A DNA stretch of 64,000 nucleotides. Source: an uncultured bacterium (GTDB lineage: Bacteria; Verrucomicrobiota; Verrucomicrobiia; Limisphaerales; UBA8199). The first letter of the stretch is position 1, and each line of letters starts with the position of its first letter. Location: the NCBI GenBank assembly GCA_963749495.1, contig CAVVMW010000025.1:13378-77377 (forward strand), read 5' to 3'. The position numbers were made by a program, and so were the translations under genes. Below the pieces are notes generated by a model that saw nothing but the letters and a program-made list of their open reading frames with translations, had not been told where the DNA came from and did not search any database. This document shows, one piece after another, positions 10,768 to 21,011 of the stretch.

Positions 10768-13700
10768 TCATCGGGGCTGGTGATAATTGGGATAGGGGGG
10801 CCGCCGGGGTGTTTGGGGTGGGTTCTTCTTGAGCAAGTCCATCACGAGTTCGACGGCCTTCTCCAACTGAGGGTCGTGTCCCTGGCGCACGAGGTGGGGG
10901 TCGTACTCGACCTCGACGTCCGGCGGGACGCCGTGGTTCTCGATCTCCCACGTGGCGTTTGGCGTGTAGAACGCGAGGTTGGGGGTGTCGGCGAAGCCCC
11001 CGTCCATCAGGTCGGAGGGATTGGTGTAGTGGCCCACTAGTCCGCCCCAGGTGGTCTTGCCGACCAGGGGGCCGATGCCGGTCTGGCGAAACATCCACGG
11101 GAGCATATCGCCGCCGGAGCCGGCCATCTCGTTAATGACCATCACCTTGGGGCCGAAGATGGCCTCGAGGGGCGAGGTGATGTCCTGGCCCTCGCGGAGC
11201 GCCCAGTAACTCAAGAGGGGCCGGCGCAGGTAGTCGATGATATAGTCGGCAATATCGCCGCCGCCGTTGAATCGCTCATCAATAACGGCGGCGTCTTTGC
11301 CGACCTGGGCGAAGTAATAGCGGTTGAAATTGCCGTAGCCGGCAGCATGGGTATTGGGCAGGTAAACGTAGGCGACACGGCCGCCGGACAGTTCATCGAC
11401 CTTGCGGCGGTTGCCTTCGATCCAAGCCAGGTTGCGCAGCGGGAGTTCGTTTTCGACCGGCACGACCGTGACCTGGCGGGAGCCTTTGGCGTCGGGATTG
11501 GGGCCCACGCTGAGAATGACGGCCTTGCCGGCCGTTTCTTCGAAGAAGGCATAGACGTTGTCCTTGGCGGTGAGATCGCGCCCGTTGACCGCGAGCAGGT
11601 ATTCCCCGGCAACCACGTTGACGCCGGGCTGGGTCAATGGGGCGCGCAGCTTGGGATTCCAGTTTTCCCCGTTGAAGACACGGCTAAACCGGTATCGGCC
11701 GTTCTCGATCGTGTAATCGGCCCCGAGCAACCCGCCCTTGACCCGCTTGGGCTCGGGCGTATCACCGCCGCCGACGAACATGTGGCCGACGGTCATTTCG
11801 CCCAACATTTCCGTGAACAGGTAGTTCAGGTCTTCGCGGCTGGAGATTCTCTGGAGGTAAGGTTCATAGCGTTTCTTGACGGCGTCGAGGTCCAGTCCGT
11901 GCAAGGCGGGGTCGTAGAAGAAATCGCGTTCGCCACGCCAGACCTGGTGGTACATGTGCCGCCACTCGGCGGCCGGGTCCACATAGACCTGCATCGAATC
12001 CAGTTTGAGGGGCCCGCCCTCGCCGGGCTTGGGCGGGCCTTCAGACGGCTTTTCGGCCGGTGAGATGGTCCACTGGTCCTTGCGCCGGAAGAGCATCTTC
12101 TCGCCATTGAACGACAACTCGAAGGCATCCACATCGCTGAGGATCTTCTCGGTCTTGCGCGTCTTGAGCTCGAACTTATGGACGGTGAGCGCGGGTGCTC
12201 CATCGTCACCTTCGATGGGATCGACCAGGGGCCCCTCGACCATGAAGAGGACGCCGGTCTTGCCGGCCGCCAGGGCCTGGTAATTCCCGGCGGGGATGGG
12301 CAGCGCCAGGATGCGCTGGCTGATATTGTCGAAGTCAATCTGGCTCGGGGCGGGCTTTTGCTCCTTGGCTTTGTCTTTTTGCGGGTCCTGCTCCTTGTCC
12401 GCGGGCTTTGGTTTGTCGGCTGCCTCGGCCTCCGGCGGTTTCTCCTCGTCACTCTCGGGGGCGAGCGGCGAGGGGAGGTCCCTTCTGAGGACGGCCAGAT
12501 AGACGCTGCGGGTCACCGGACGATTCAGGCTGGACATATCGAGCCAGCCGGTGTTCAGCCCGATATCGGTGCTCGCCGCGAAGTAGAGGTGCTTGCCCTC
12601 CTTGTCGAAGACGGGGAGCGTGGCATCGCTCATGCCGTCGGTGACCTGGTGATTTTGGCCTTGCTCCAGGGAGTGGATGAAAATGGCGTGCAGATGGCTT
12701 CGGAGTTGCTTGGCGTAAGCCAGCCAGCGGCTATCGGGCGACCAAACCGGATCGAGCGCCTGGAACGGCCCGGCATAGGTGTCCGTGTCAACCCGCACCG
12801 GCATCTTTTTGTCGAGGTCCACATACCACAGGTTGAGCCGTTTGTCCGTATAGGCGATCTTCCTGGAATCGGGAGACCAGCGGGGCGAGTAATAGAAGGT
12901 CGGCGAGTCCCCGAGTTGAAATTTGCGCACCTCGCCCAAGCCACTCTGATCGCGGACGTGGAGGGCGTACTCGCCGGATTCATCCGACAGGTAAGCGATG
13001 GACTTGCCGTCCGGCGACCAGGCGGGGTCCCGCTCGACCGCGTCGGGGGTCCGTGTCAGGTTGCGAATATCACCTTTTTCGGCGGGCACGGTGAAGATCT
13101 CGCCGCGGGCGCCAAAGACGGCCCGGGCGCCGGTTGGCGAAAGCGCGGCGGATCGAATCCGCCCGGGCTCGATCTTTTGGAAATGGGGCCTGACTTCCGG
13201 CAGATCGCCCGCCAGCCGGATCCCCAGCCGGTGGTCGCTGCCGGTATCGAGATCCAGCACGTGAATGGAACCGAACTGCTCATAGACGATTGCCCCGGGC
13301 CCGGCCGAGGCCGACTTGAGGTCCAGTCCTTCGTTATGGACCAACTCCTTGACCTGGCTGGATTTGAGGTCCCAGGCAAAGAGCGTGACCGGCCCGTTGC
13401 GGTCCGAAAGGAAGTAGAGGGTGTCCCCCACCCACATGGGATTGAAGTCATTCGAGTTGTCGCGCGGGACCTTGGCTTCGACGTTCGAGTCCGAGAGATT
13501 GGCAATCCAAATCCGCCGCGTCTGGCCGCCGCGGTAGCGTTTCCAGGCCTGCTGCCACTGGATGTTGGGCACGTAGGCGATGCGGGCGCCATCGGGCGAG
13601 AAAGAGCCCTCGACAGCGCGGGCCAGCGGGACCTCGCTCGGGAATGAACCGTCGATGGGCATGGTGAAGAGCCGCGGGGCGGCGCCGTTGAAGCTCGCTC

Positions 13701-14112
13701 GCGCGGACCCGAACAGGACGCTCTTGCCATCGGGCGCCCAGCCTATGGCGACGTCGGGGCCCGGATGATAGGTGAGCCGCCGCGGCACGCCGCCCGCGGC
13801 GGGCACCAGATAAACATCCTGGTTGCCGTCGTACTCCCCGGTAAATGCAATCCACGCCCCGTCCGAGGAGAAGCGGGGCTCCCGCTCGTGGTTTCCGGAG
13901 GTCAACCGGCGCGCGTCGCCCCCGTCGCGGCCGACGATCCACAGGTTGCCGGCGAAGTTGAACACAATCTGCGTGCGGCTGAGCGAGGGATTCTGCAAGA
14001 GCAGAGGCCCATCATTGGTGCTCGATCCGGGTGCGCCGCCCGCAGCGGTCTGCAGCATCCAGAAAAGGACCAGCGGAATGTTCCAACCGAAAATGAATCG
14101 TGAGAATTTCAT
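10768..14112 (-). CDS. Tricorn protease homolog (S41 peptidase, PD40 repeats, PDZ)
   Basis: Signal peptide, repeated WSPDG, DERFNGGG, AGSGGD, GKTTWGG, IENHGVPPD. Confidence 0.94.
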   Translation of the reverse strand: MKFSRFIFGWNIPLVLFWMLQTAAGGAPGSSTNDGPLLLQNPSLSRTQIVFNFAGNLWIVGRDGGDARRLTSGNHEREPRFSSDGAWIAFTGEYDGNQDVYLVPAAGGVPRRLTYHPGPDVAIGWAPDGKSVLFGSARASFNGAAPRLFTMPIDGSFPSEVPLARAVEGSFSPDGARIAYVPNIQWQQAWKRYRGGQTRRIWIANLSDSNVEAKVPRDNSNDFNPMWVGDTLYFLSDRNGPVTLFAWDLKSSQVKELVHNEGLDLKSASAGPGAIVYEQFGSIHVLDLDTGSDHRLGIRLAGDLPEVRPHFQKIEPGRIRSAALSPTGARAVFGARGEIFTVPAEKGDIRNLTRTPDAVERDPAWSPDGKSIAYLSDESGEYALHVRDQSGLGEVRKFQLGDSPTFYYSPRWSPDSRKIAYTDKRLNLWYVDLDKKMPVRVDTDTYAGPFQALDPVWSPDSRWLAYAKQLRSHLHAIFIHSLEQGQNHQVTDGMSDATLPVFDKEGKHLYFAASTDIGLNTGWLDMSSLNRPVTRSVYLAVLRRDLPSPLAPESDEEKPPEAEAADKPKPADKEQDPQKDKAKEQKPAPSQIDFDNISQRILALPIPAGNYQALAAGKTGVLFMVEGPLVDPIEGDDGAPALTVHKFELKTRKTEKILSDVDAFELSFNGEKMLFRRKDQWTISPAEKPSEGPPKPGEGGPLKLDSMQVYVDPAAEWRHMYHQVWRGERDFFYDPALHGLDLDAVKKRYEPYLQRISSREDLNYLFTEMLGEMTVGHMFVGGGDTPEPKRVKGGLLGADYTIENGRYRFSRVFNGENWNPKLRAPLTQPGVNVVAGEYLLAVNGRDLTAKDNVYAFFEETAGKAVILSVGPNPDAKGSRQVTVVPVENELPLRNLAWIEGNRRKVDELSGGRVAYVYLPNTHAAGYGNFNRYYFAQVGKDAAVIDERFNGGGDIADYIIDYLRRPLLSYWALREGQDITSPLEAIFGPKVMVINEMAGSGGDMLPWMFRQTGIGPLVGKTTWGGLVGHYTNPSDLMDGGFADTPNLAFYTPNATWEIENHGVPPDVEVEYDPHLVRQGHDPQLEKAVELVMDLLKKNPPQTPRRPPYPNYHQPR

Positions 14113-14205
14113 AAAGGTAATAGATGAACCGGATTTTCAGGCGCCGGCCAATGTCCCGTTTTTTGGAGAGGGAGTCAATCCTGGGGCGCCGCCCCAAATC
14201 TTCGC

Positions 14206-14447
14206 GGGCGCAATCGGACACTGCCCCCGGAGCGCGGGCTTTAGCCCGCTTTGCGCGGAGCTCGACGTCGTTGCTGGGCCTATTGAACATTGGGCATCCA
14301 AAGCGGACTAAAGTCCGCGCTCCGGCCATTCGGTGGTGCTGGCGGGGGCAGTATCCGATTGCGCCCATCTTCGCTCAGCCATTTTTTAAGAACGGAATAC
14401 ACGGAATACACGGAAAAAGGCCCCCTTCCGTGTATTCCGTGTGTTCC
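14206..14447. repeat. Nested inverted repeats and acggaatac repeat hairpin
   Basis: gggcgcaatcggacactgccccc/gggggcagtatccgattgcgccc enclosing ggagcgcgggctttagcccgctt/aagcggactaaagtccgcgctcc; then (acggaatac)n/(gtattccgt)n. Confidence 0.7.
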
Positions 14448-14662
14448 CTTTTCTCCAGAATGCCGTGCTCCGCGCGGAACAAACAGGGTTTGGGGGCGGT
14501 GTCCGGTTACGCCCCGGTGGCCGTCGCCGTTACTGATTCTCATTGCTTTTGCCGGCTGGTCTGAGGAGGCTCTGCGCATTCTAATTCATGAAGATCGAGG
14601 TTGTTCAATTGTGCAAGCGAATGGGCCTTGCATCCAGTGTGAAAAGTGTGCACTTTTAGGGC

Positions 14663-14902
14663 GTAAACGCGACTCTGACGCAACTTCGCCGTGAAGCAGG
14701 CGAAGTGCTCTCCGCTGTCCTGCACCGCAACAAAACCGTAAAACTCACCCAGCACGGCAAGGCTGTGGCTGAAATCCGCCCCCGGCCGCAGCCGATGTCT
14801 CCGGGCGAGTTTGCCCGACTGTGGCGCTCCCGCCGTCCTTTGGGGAAGGAAACCGCCGATGAAGTGGCCGCGGCTCTCAAGGAATTGGATTCCGCTCGAT
14901 GA
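14663..14902 (+). CDS. Phd/YefM-family antitoxin (start codon uncertain)
   Basis: NATLTQLRREAGEVLSAVLHRNKTVKLTQHGKAVAEIRP; expected start codon reads GTA. Confidence 0.65.
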   Translation, partial: VNATLTQLRREAGEVLSAVLHRNKTVKLTQHGKAVAEIRPRPQPMSPGEFARLWRSRRPLGKETADEVAAALKELDSAR

Positions 14903-14977
14903 GGGCGCTGCTTGACACCAACCAAGGCCATGGGCGTGCCGGCGCTCAACCCGCTTGCCGATTTGCCTTCGAGCTGA
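14899..14977 (+). pseudogene. Internally deleted PIN/VapC toxin
   Basis: ATGA-coupled MRALLDTN joined out of frame to KAMGVPALNPLADLPSS*. Confidence 0.6.
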
Positions 14978-15041
14978 AGGGACAGGGGACAGCAGGCACG
15001 CAGAACTGAGCCCGATTAGCCGAACCTGAAGATGGGCTGCT

Positions 15042-15482
15042 TCAGGTCTTGGGGAGGGGCTGCTGGGAGGCGGGGGCGGGTTGGGGCGGGTTGGGCTTTG
15101 GCTTGGTCTGCTCGCTGTAGCTGATCAAGGCGGCGCCGATCATGATGAAGACCACGCCGGCCCAGCGGCAGCCGCTGACCCGCTCGTGCAGGAACCAGAT
15201 GGCGGCGAAGGTGGCGAAGACGAAACTCAAGGCGGTGAGCGGCCAGAGAAAACTGATGTCGCTCCTGGCCATGAGGATGAGCAGACAGAAGAAGAAGAGG
15301 GCCTCGAAGAACATGCCCAGGAGGATCTGGGGGTTGGTGGCGCCGGCCTTGACGACACGGACGATAGCGGCGGCATTGACGGTTGGGACCTCGCCGATGC
15401 TGTTCATGCCCTTCTTGAGGAACACGACGCCGGTGCTTTCGAAGACCAGCCCGATGAAGAGGATCAAGAGCACTTTGAGCAT
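15042..15482 (-). CDS. EamA/DMT-family small transporter
   Basis: Four TM helices, DISFLWPLTALSFV..FLHERVS..RWAGV. Confidence 0.85.
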   Translation of the reverse strand: MLKVLLILFIGLVFESTGVVFLKKGMNSIGEVPTVNAAAIVRVVKAGATNPQILLGMFFEALFFFCLLILMARSDISFLWPLTALSFVFATFAAIWFLHERVSGCRWAGVVFIMIGAALISYSEQTKPKPNPPQPAPASQQPLPKT

Positions 15483-15483
15483 G

Positions 15484-16317
15484 TCACAAATCCTGGTAGC
15501 GAATCAGTTTGATGCCGAGCTGCTCGACCTGGCGCCGCACTCGCGGGCTGACCAGGGCGTCGAACTCATCTCTAAACTCGCCGAGCGAGGGATGAGAGTA
15601 AAGCTCCGAATCACCGGCGGGCAGGCGCGGCAACAGCCGGCTGAGGTAGGCCTCGTCCACGCGCGCATTCTGGAGCAGGCCGAAGACGGCGCGGGTATGA
15701 CGCACGGCCCGGCGCCGGAGGGCCGGCCGGGCGCGCAGGGCCAGGAGGTGGAAGATGGCGGCGTGGGTGATGCGGTAGGGCAAACGGCCCCAGCCCAGGC
15801 GCAGGTTCAGCCAAAACGGATCGAAGGTCAGCCGCACCCGCTCCAGCCCCAGCAGGGCGGCGTCGGCCATGAGGATGCCGAAGACGGTCGGGTGCAGGTG
15901 GAGGTGGAGGTGGCCGTTGAGATGGTCAAGGGGCAGGCCCGTGGCGCGGAATTTGCCGAACTGCGCGTGGATCTCGGCGCGCAACTGCTCGCGGAGGCTG
16001 GGCCGGACAAAAAAACGCCACCCCGCCTCCACCGGCTTGACGCCGAACTCCTGCCGGGCATTGACCAGGCCGGGGATGGCCTCGGGCGGCAGCGCCGAAT
16101 GGCCGGACAAAAGGGTCAGGTGCAGCCCCACCCCCAGCCGCGGGTTGTCTCGCGCCAGGGCCACTGCCTCGTCCACCGCCGGCTCGTTGACCATAAGGCT
16201 GGCACTGGTCAGGATGCCCTCCCGGTGGGCGCGGAGGACCGCCGCGTTGATGGGCGCCGTCCGCCCAAAATCGTCCGCGTTGACAATCAGCCGGCGCGGG
16301 GTGCAGGGCGTGTTCAT
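15484..16317 (-). CDS. hpnK: Hopanoid biosynthesis-associated protein HpnK (YdjC family)
   Basis: LIVNADDFG, GVGLHLTL, DHLNGHLHLHLHP, ELYSHP; next to hpnD. Confidence 0.85.
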   Translation of the reverse strand: MNTPCTPRRLIVNADDFGRTAPINAAVLRAHREGILTSASLMVNEPAVDEAVALARDNPRLGVGLHLTLLSGHSALPPEAIPGLVNARQEFGVKPVEAGWRFFVRPSLREQLRAEIHAQFGKFRATGLPLDHLNGHLHLHLHPTVFGILMADAALLGLERVRLTFDPFWLNLRLGWGRLPYRITHAAIFHLLALRARPALRRRAVRHTRAVFGLLQNARVDEAYLSRLLPRLPAGDSELYSHPSLGEFRDEFDALVSPRVRRQVEQLGIKLIRYQDL

Positions 16318-16336
16318 CCGTGGTCGAGTGCCCTCG

Positions 16337-17251
16337 TTACGGTCCTGCGTCCGCCTCGGGTTCGGCGACCCCTTGGCCCGGTTCCGTGTCGGCGCCGTAA
16401 TAAGGAGCAGCGCCGCAGGCCCAGCGGCACCACGCGCGCAAGACCAGCCACAGCTTCCGGCCCTTGTGCAGGCGGATCGGTTCGGCCCCGAAGACGTTGA
16501 AACGATGCTCCTGGAGCTGGCGCAGCAGCCGCCAATAGACCGAGCCCATCAGCTCAGCGGCGACCATTGCCCGCCGGTCCACGACAGGCAGGGTCTGGCG
16601 CGCCAACCGGTAGAAGTGGCGGGCGCGCCGGGCCGTGCCGGCGGCCAGTTGGAAATACCGCTCGGAGTATTCGCCCCGCAGGATTTCCTCCGGCGCCACC
16701 CCGCAGCGGGCCAACTCGGCCAGCGGGAGGTAAATCCGTCCGCGCCGGGCGTCGGCGCGGAACGTCGCGGAGGATGTTGGTGAACTGGAGGGCCTTGCCG
16801 AGGAAGACGGCATAGCCGCGGCAGGCCGGGTCCCGGTAACCAAAGACCTCGATGCTGAGCAGGCCGACCACCGAGGCGACCCGGTAGCAGTAGACTCCAA
16901 CTCCTGGTAAGTCGGGTAACGTTGGACGTCCATGTCCATCTCGACGCCCTGCAACAACTGATCGAAGAGCTCGAACGGGAGGCGGTATTGGCGGATGACC
17001 GGCTGGAGTTCGCGGTTGACCGCCAATTGCGGGTCCTGGGCGGCGCAGGCGCGGCGCAGGTCGGTCCGCCAGGCGCCCAGTTGCCGGCGCCGCTCCTGGA
17101 TCGGGAGCGATTCGTTGTCGGCCACGTCGTCCACCTCGCGGCAGAAGGCATAGAGCGCGCACATGGCCAGGCGCTTGGCTCGGGGCAGGAGCACGAAGGC
17201 CAACGCCAGGTTCGAGGCGCTTTTGCGCGTGATGCTGCGGCTCTGTTGCAT
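16337..17251 (-). CDS. hpnD: Presqualene diphosphate synthase HpnD (two compensating frameshifts)
   Basis: LYAFCREVDDVAD; YCYRVASVVG and ALQFTNILRDV in another frame; GRIYLP. Confidence 0.82.
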   Translation of the reverse strand: MQQSRSITRKSASNLALAFVLLPRAKRLAMCALYAFCREVDDVADNESLPIQERRRQLGAWRTDLRRACAAQDPQLAVNRELQPVIRQYRLPFELFDQLLQGVEMDMDVQRYPTYQELESTATGSPRWSACSASRSLVTGTRPAAAMPSSSARPSSSPTSSATFRADARRGRIYLPLAELARCGVAPEEILRGEYSERYFQLAAGTARRARHFYRLARQTLPVVDRRAMVAAELMGSVYWRLLRQLQEHRFNVFGAEPIRLHKGRKLWLVLRAWCRWACGAAPYYGADTEPGQGVAEPEADAGP

Positions 17252-17257
17252 CGGGCT

Positions 17258-17321
17258 GGGTTCAGGGTTCAGAGGTTCAGGGTTCTCACAACCCAGGACG
17301 GGGAACCCTGAACCCTGAACC
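17258..17321. repeat. Heptamer (gggttca)n / (tgaaccc)n hairpin
   Basis: Direct 7-mer repeats followed by their inverse. Confidence 0.65.
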
Positions 17322-17330
17322 GTGTGGCAT

Positions 17331-17747
17331 TCAAGGCGGCGGATTCTCGGGCGGCCGTTCAGGGCGGACAGGAGGCAGACCGCCAGTCTCAGCCAGGGTC
17401 GGGTTGCGCGGGCGGTGCTCGCGCCGCCGCCGGCGATGGCGTTTCTGAGCGGAGGAATCCTCCGCCTCCTCGCCCTCCACGCCCTTCTCTTCCCGGTCAG
17501 CATCCGGTTCCTCGCTGTCGCGGGGCGAGTCGTCATGATGCTGGTGATGGTGGTGATGATGGTGGCGGTGATGGCGCCGGCGGGGCTTGCGGACCAACAC
17601 CGCCCAGAAGAACGCCAGGAGGATAACCAGCGCCAGGGCCCCGAAGATGGCGTAAAATTCACGCCGCGACTCTATCCCCCAACGCGAGGCGCCGGGGAGG
17701 ACGTCGTCGACCGCCCCTTGGGCGAGCAAAACCAGTATTGGATTCAT
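17331..17747 (-). CDS. Single-TM hypothetical protein with poly-His tract
   Basis: TM helix, RRRHHRHHHHHHHQHH, RNPTLAETGGLPP. Confidence 0.65.
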   Translation of the reverse strand: MNPILVLLAQGAVDDVLPGASRWGIESRREFYAIFGALALVILLAFFWAVLVRKPRRRHHRHHHHHHHQHHDDSPRDSEEPDADREEKGVEGEEAEDSSAQKRHRRRRREHRPRNPTLAETGGLPPVRPERPPENPPP

Positions 17748-17755
17748 GTCAAAAT

Positions 17756-19173
17756 TCAGTCCATCGGGCCGAGCGGCTCTTCATCGGCGTCGGCGCCGGC
17801 GGAGATGTTCAGGCGCTGCATCCGGTAACGGAGTGCATGGCGGCTGATGTCCAATTGTTCGGCCGTTTTGGCCAGGTTGTAATGGTTCTGCTCGAGCGTG
17901 CTGATGATGAGTTCCTTCTCGAATTGAGTCATCATCTGCTCCAGGGACCCGCCGCCGGGCGGGTGGAGGGCGGGGGGATCTTGTGCAGGCGGGCCTCGAC
18001 CTGGAAATCAGGCAGGCTGCCGGGCTGGATCTCGCGGGTGGTCTCCAGGATGAGCGCCCGCTCGATGACGTTGCGCAACTCGCGGACATTGCCCGGCCAA
18101 GGGTGGGCCATGAGCTTCTGGCGCGCGGCGCGGGAGATGGTCCGCGTGCTCTTGTTCATCGAGAGGGCGAAGTTCTTCAGGAAGTACTCCGCCAGCACGG
18201 CAACGTCCTCCCCGCGCTCGCGCAGCGGCGGCAGGCGGATTTGCACGACGTTGAGCCGGTGAAAGAGGTCCTCGCGGAACTGGTCGGCCTTGATGGCGGC
18301 GATGATGTCGCGATTGGTGGCGGCCAGGAGCCGGACGTTGACCCGCAATTCCTGGGTGCCGCCCACGCGCGTGAACGAACCGTCCTCCAGGAAGCGCAGC
18401 AGCTTGGCCTGGAGCGGACGGCTCATGTCCGCAATCTCATCCAGGAAGATTGTCCCGCCGTCGGCCTCCTCGACCCGGCCGGGCTTTTGCTTGAGGGCGC
18501 CGGTGAAGGAGCCCTTTTCGTGGCCGAAGAGTTCGCTCTCCAGGAGGGTCTCGGGGATGGCGGCGCAATTGATGCGGACGTAGTTGGCCCTTTGGCGGCG
18601 GCTCAGGCTGTGGAGGGCGCCGGCCACCAGTTCCTTGCCGGTGCCGCTCTCCCCGAGGATGAGCACCCGCGCATCGGTGGGCGAGACCGTCTCGATGAGC
18701 CGGTGCAGTTCGCGCATCCTGGGGCATTCGCCCACGATCTGCTCCAGCCGATAGGTCTCGACGGCGCGCGCGCGCAGCCGCGCGTTCTCCTGCAGGAGCC
18801 GGAACCGCTCGGCGCAGCGGCTCACCGCGTGCAGCAACTCCTCGGGCGCAAAGGGCTTGGCCAGGTAGTCCATCGCCCCGGCCTTGATCGCCTCCACCGC
18901 CAGCCGTGACGTCGCGTAGGCCGTGATCATCAGCACCGGCAGGTCCGGCCATTGCGCCCGCGCCTTGGTCAGAAACTCGTAGCCGCTCATCCCCCCCAGC
19001 CGCGCGTCGGTGATGACCATGAAGAACTCCTCGCGCTCCAGCAGGGCCAGCGCCGCCTCCGCCGACTCAATCGCCCGCACCGCATAGGCCTCGTCCGCCA
19101 GCATCGTCTGCAACGACAGGCGCATGTTCTTCTCGTCATCCACGACGAGCACCGGAGGCAGGGCCAGGCTCAT
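17756..19173 (-). CDS. Sigma-54-dependent response regulator (NtrC family), frameshift near 17975
   Basis: REC domain, GESGTGKE, ESELFGHEKGSFTGA, WPGNVREL; Fis-HTH (LAKTAEQLDISRHALRYRM) in another frame past a homopolymer. Confidence 0.9.
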
Positions 19174-19228
19174 AAGAGCACCCCACACTCCCGCGTCATC
19201 CCTTCGGGCCCTCTGTCTGGCACAATCT

Positions 19229-20896
19229 TCACGGCTGCTTTGCTAACTTTATCAGAGTCTTAGCCGGGAACACTAAGATAAACCGAGCCCCCTTTCCAAG
19301 CTCAGATTCGACCCGGACGGAGCCTCCGTAAAGCTCGACATTGTGTTTGACGGTGGCCAGGCCCAGGCCGGTCCCCTTTTTCTTGGTGGTGTAGTAGGCC
19401 TCGAAGATCTGCTCCCGCTTGTCGGGCGGGATGCCCGGGCCGTCGTCGGCGATGGCGACCTCGATCGAGAGGTCCTTGTGGCAGCGGGCGCTCACCCAGA
19501 TGTTGCCGCTCCGGCCTTCGAGGGCCTCGCGGGCGTTTTGGAGCAGGTTGATAAAGGCCTCCGAGACGTGGCGGCGGAGCATGAGCAGCGGCGGAAAGTC
19601 CGAGGCGTAATCGCGGTGGACTCGGATGGGGTAGCCGGCCGCTGGGGGAAAGACCTGCCCGATGGCGTGGTCCAGCTCCTCGGCAACGTCGAGTTTTTCG
19701 ACACGGCCCTCGCTCAATTGGGCGTATCCCATGATATCGGTGATGATGCGGTCCGAACGCTCGACCTCCTCCTGGATGATCTGGATCTGCTCGGGGCCGA
19801 CCGGGCGGCCTTGCTTGAGGGCGCGCTGGGCCGAATAGGCGGCGTTGTTGATGACGGCGAGCGGGTTTTTGATCTGGTGCGCGAACTCGGCGGCCAGCCG
19901 CCCGGCGGCATGCACTTGCCCCTGGCGCAGGGCGGCCTCGCGCGCCTCCTCCTCCGCCTTGCGCTGGCGCTCCAGCAGCACCTGCACCCCGTAGGAACAG
20001 ACCGACACCGAGACCAGCAGCACCAGCCGCACCATCAGCGGCTCAGCCTGGCTCTCCAGCACAATCGCCGCCCCCCGGCCTTCGGGCGCTATGGGCGCGG
20101 CCGGGTTGATCTCATGAGCCCGGCTGGCCGGAGGCGGATGGCCTGAGCTCTCGTCAATCCAATAGCCCGGCGTAGGGCTGACCTCATGCGCGCCGCTGGC
20201 CGATGGCGCCAGGGCTAGCGCCTCTCCGGGATGCAACTCCCGGTAGCGCTGTATCTCGGCCTTGTGGCTCTCCGCCTTGCGCCACTTTTGCTCGTTGCGG
20301 GCCTCGGCCTCCAGACTGGCGCCCACGCCGGGCATCATGAGGCCGGTCATGACGTAAGAAATGATGATGGTGACGTGCAGGGCCAGTTGCGAGGTCGCCC
20401 GGGGCACGCTCACCGCGCTGCGCAAAATCAGCGCCAGGAACAGCCAGTAGGAAAAGCTCTGCTCCCCCGCCGTGAACACCGTGAGCGCCGAGAGCACGAT
20501 GATGTCCAAGAGGCCCGAGACGAAGACCGCCCACTGGACCAGCCCCAGCGGCAGCCGCCGCAAGGCCAGCAACACCCCTGCGATGATGACGTTGATGGGG
20601 ACATAGTACCAGAGAAGATAGCGCGTCCATTCCGCGACATCGATGTGCAACTCGTCCATGGCGCCCCCGAGCCAATGGCGGAACACGGGAACCAGGAGCA
20701 TCGCCAGGCAGGCGAGTTTGACCGGCAGGATGATGTCCCGCTCCATGGTGGAGATCCTTCGCAGGAGCTGCTCGGGATCGGGCGTGGGGATCTCCAGCAG
20801 CGACACCCCCTGGCGCAGGAGCCGGGTGCAATCCCACGCCAGGCCGCCGAAGCGGCCTTCTCTGACCCATTGCCGCAGGACTGTGCTCATCTGCAT
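19229..20896 (-). CDS. Membrane sensor histidine kinase
   Basis: TM helices, FAHQIKNPL, NLLQNA, DDGPGI, GTGLGL. Confidence 0.92.
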   Translation of the reverse strand: MQMSTVLRQWVREGRFGGLAWDCTRLLRQGVSLLEIPTPDPEQLLRRISTMERDIILPVKLACLAMLLVPVFRHWLGGAMDELHIDVAEWTRYLLWYYVPINVIIAGVLLALRRLPLGLVQWAVFVSGLLDIIVLSALTVFTAGEQSFSYWLFLALILRSAVSVPRATSQLALHVTIIISYVMTGLMMPGVGASLEAEARNEQKWRKAESHKAEIQRYRELHPGEALALAPSASGAHEVSPTPGYWIDESSGHPPPASRAHEINPAAPIAPEGRGAAIVLESQAEPLMVRLVLLVSVSVCSYGVQVLLERQRKAEEEAREAALRQGQVHAAGRLAAEFAHQIKNPLAVINNAAYSAQRALKQGRPVGPEQIQIIQEEVERSDRIITDIMGYAQLSEGRVEKLDVAEELDHAIGQVFPPAAGYPIRVHRDYASDFPPLLMLRRHVSEAFINLLQNAREALEGRSGNIWVSARCHKDLSIEVAIADDGPGIPPDKREQIFEAYYTTKKKGTGLGLATVKHNVELYGGSVRVESELGKGARFILVFPAKTLIKLAKQP

Positions 20897-20913
20897 CGGT
20901 TCAGGGTTCAGGG

Positions 20914-21011
20914 TTCACGTTTCACGTTTCACGTTTCACGTTTCACGTTTCACGCTTCACGTTTCACGTTTCACGCTTCACGTTTCACGTTTCACGTTTC
21001 ACGTTTCACGT
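20914..21011. repeat. Tandem heptamer repeat (ttcacgt) x14
   Basis: 14 units, two of them ttcacgc, preceded by gttcagg units. Confidence 0.95.

Noticed and set aside
20914..21011. ORFs reading through (FTFHVSR)n
   Set aside because: Translation of the heptamer repeat, not a real protein
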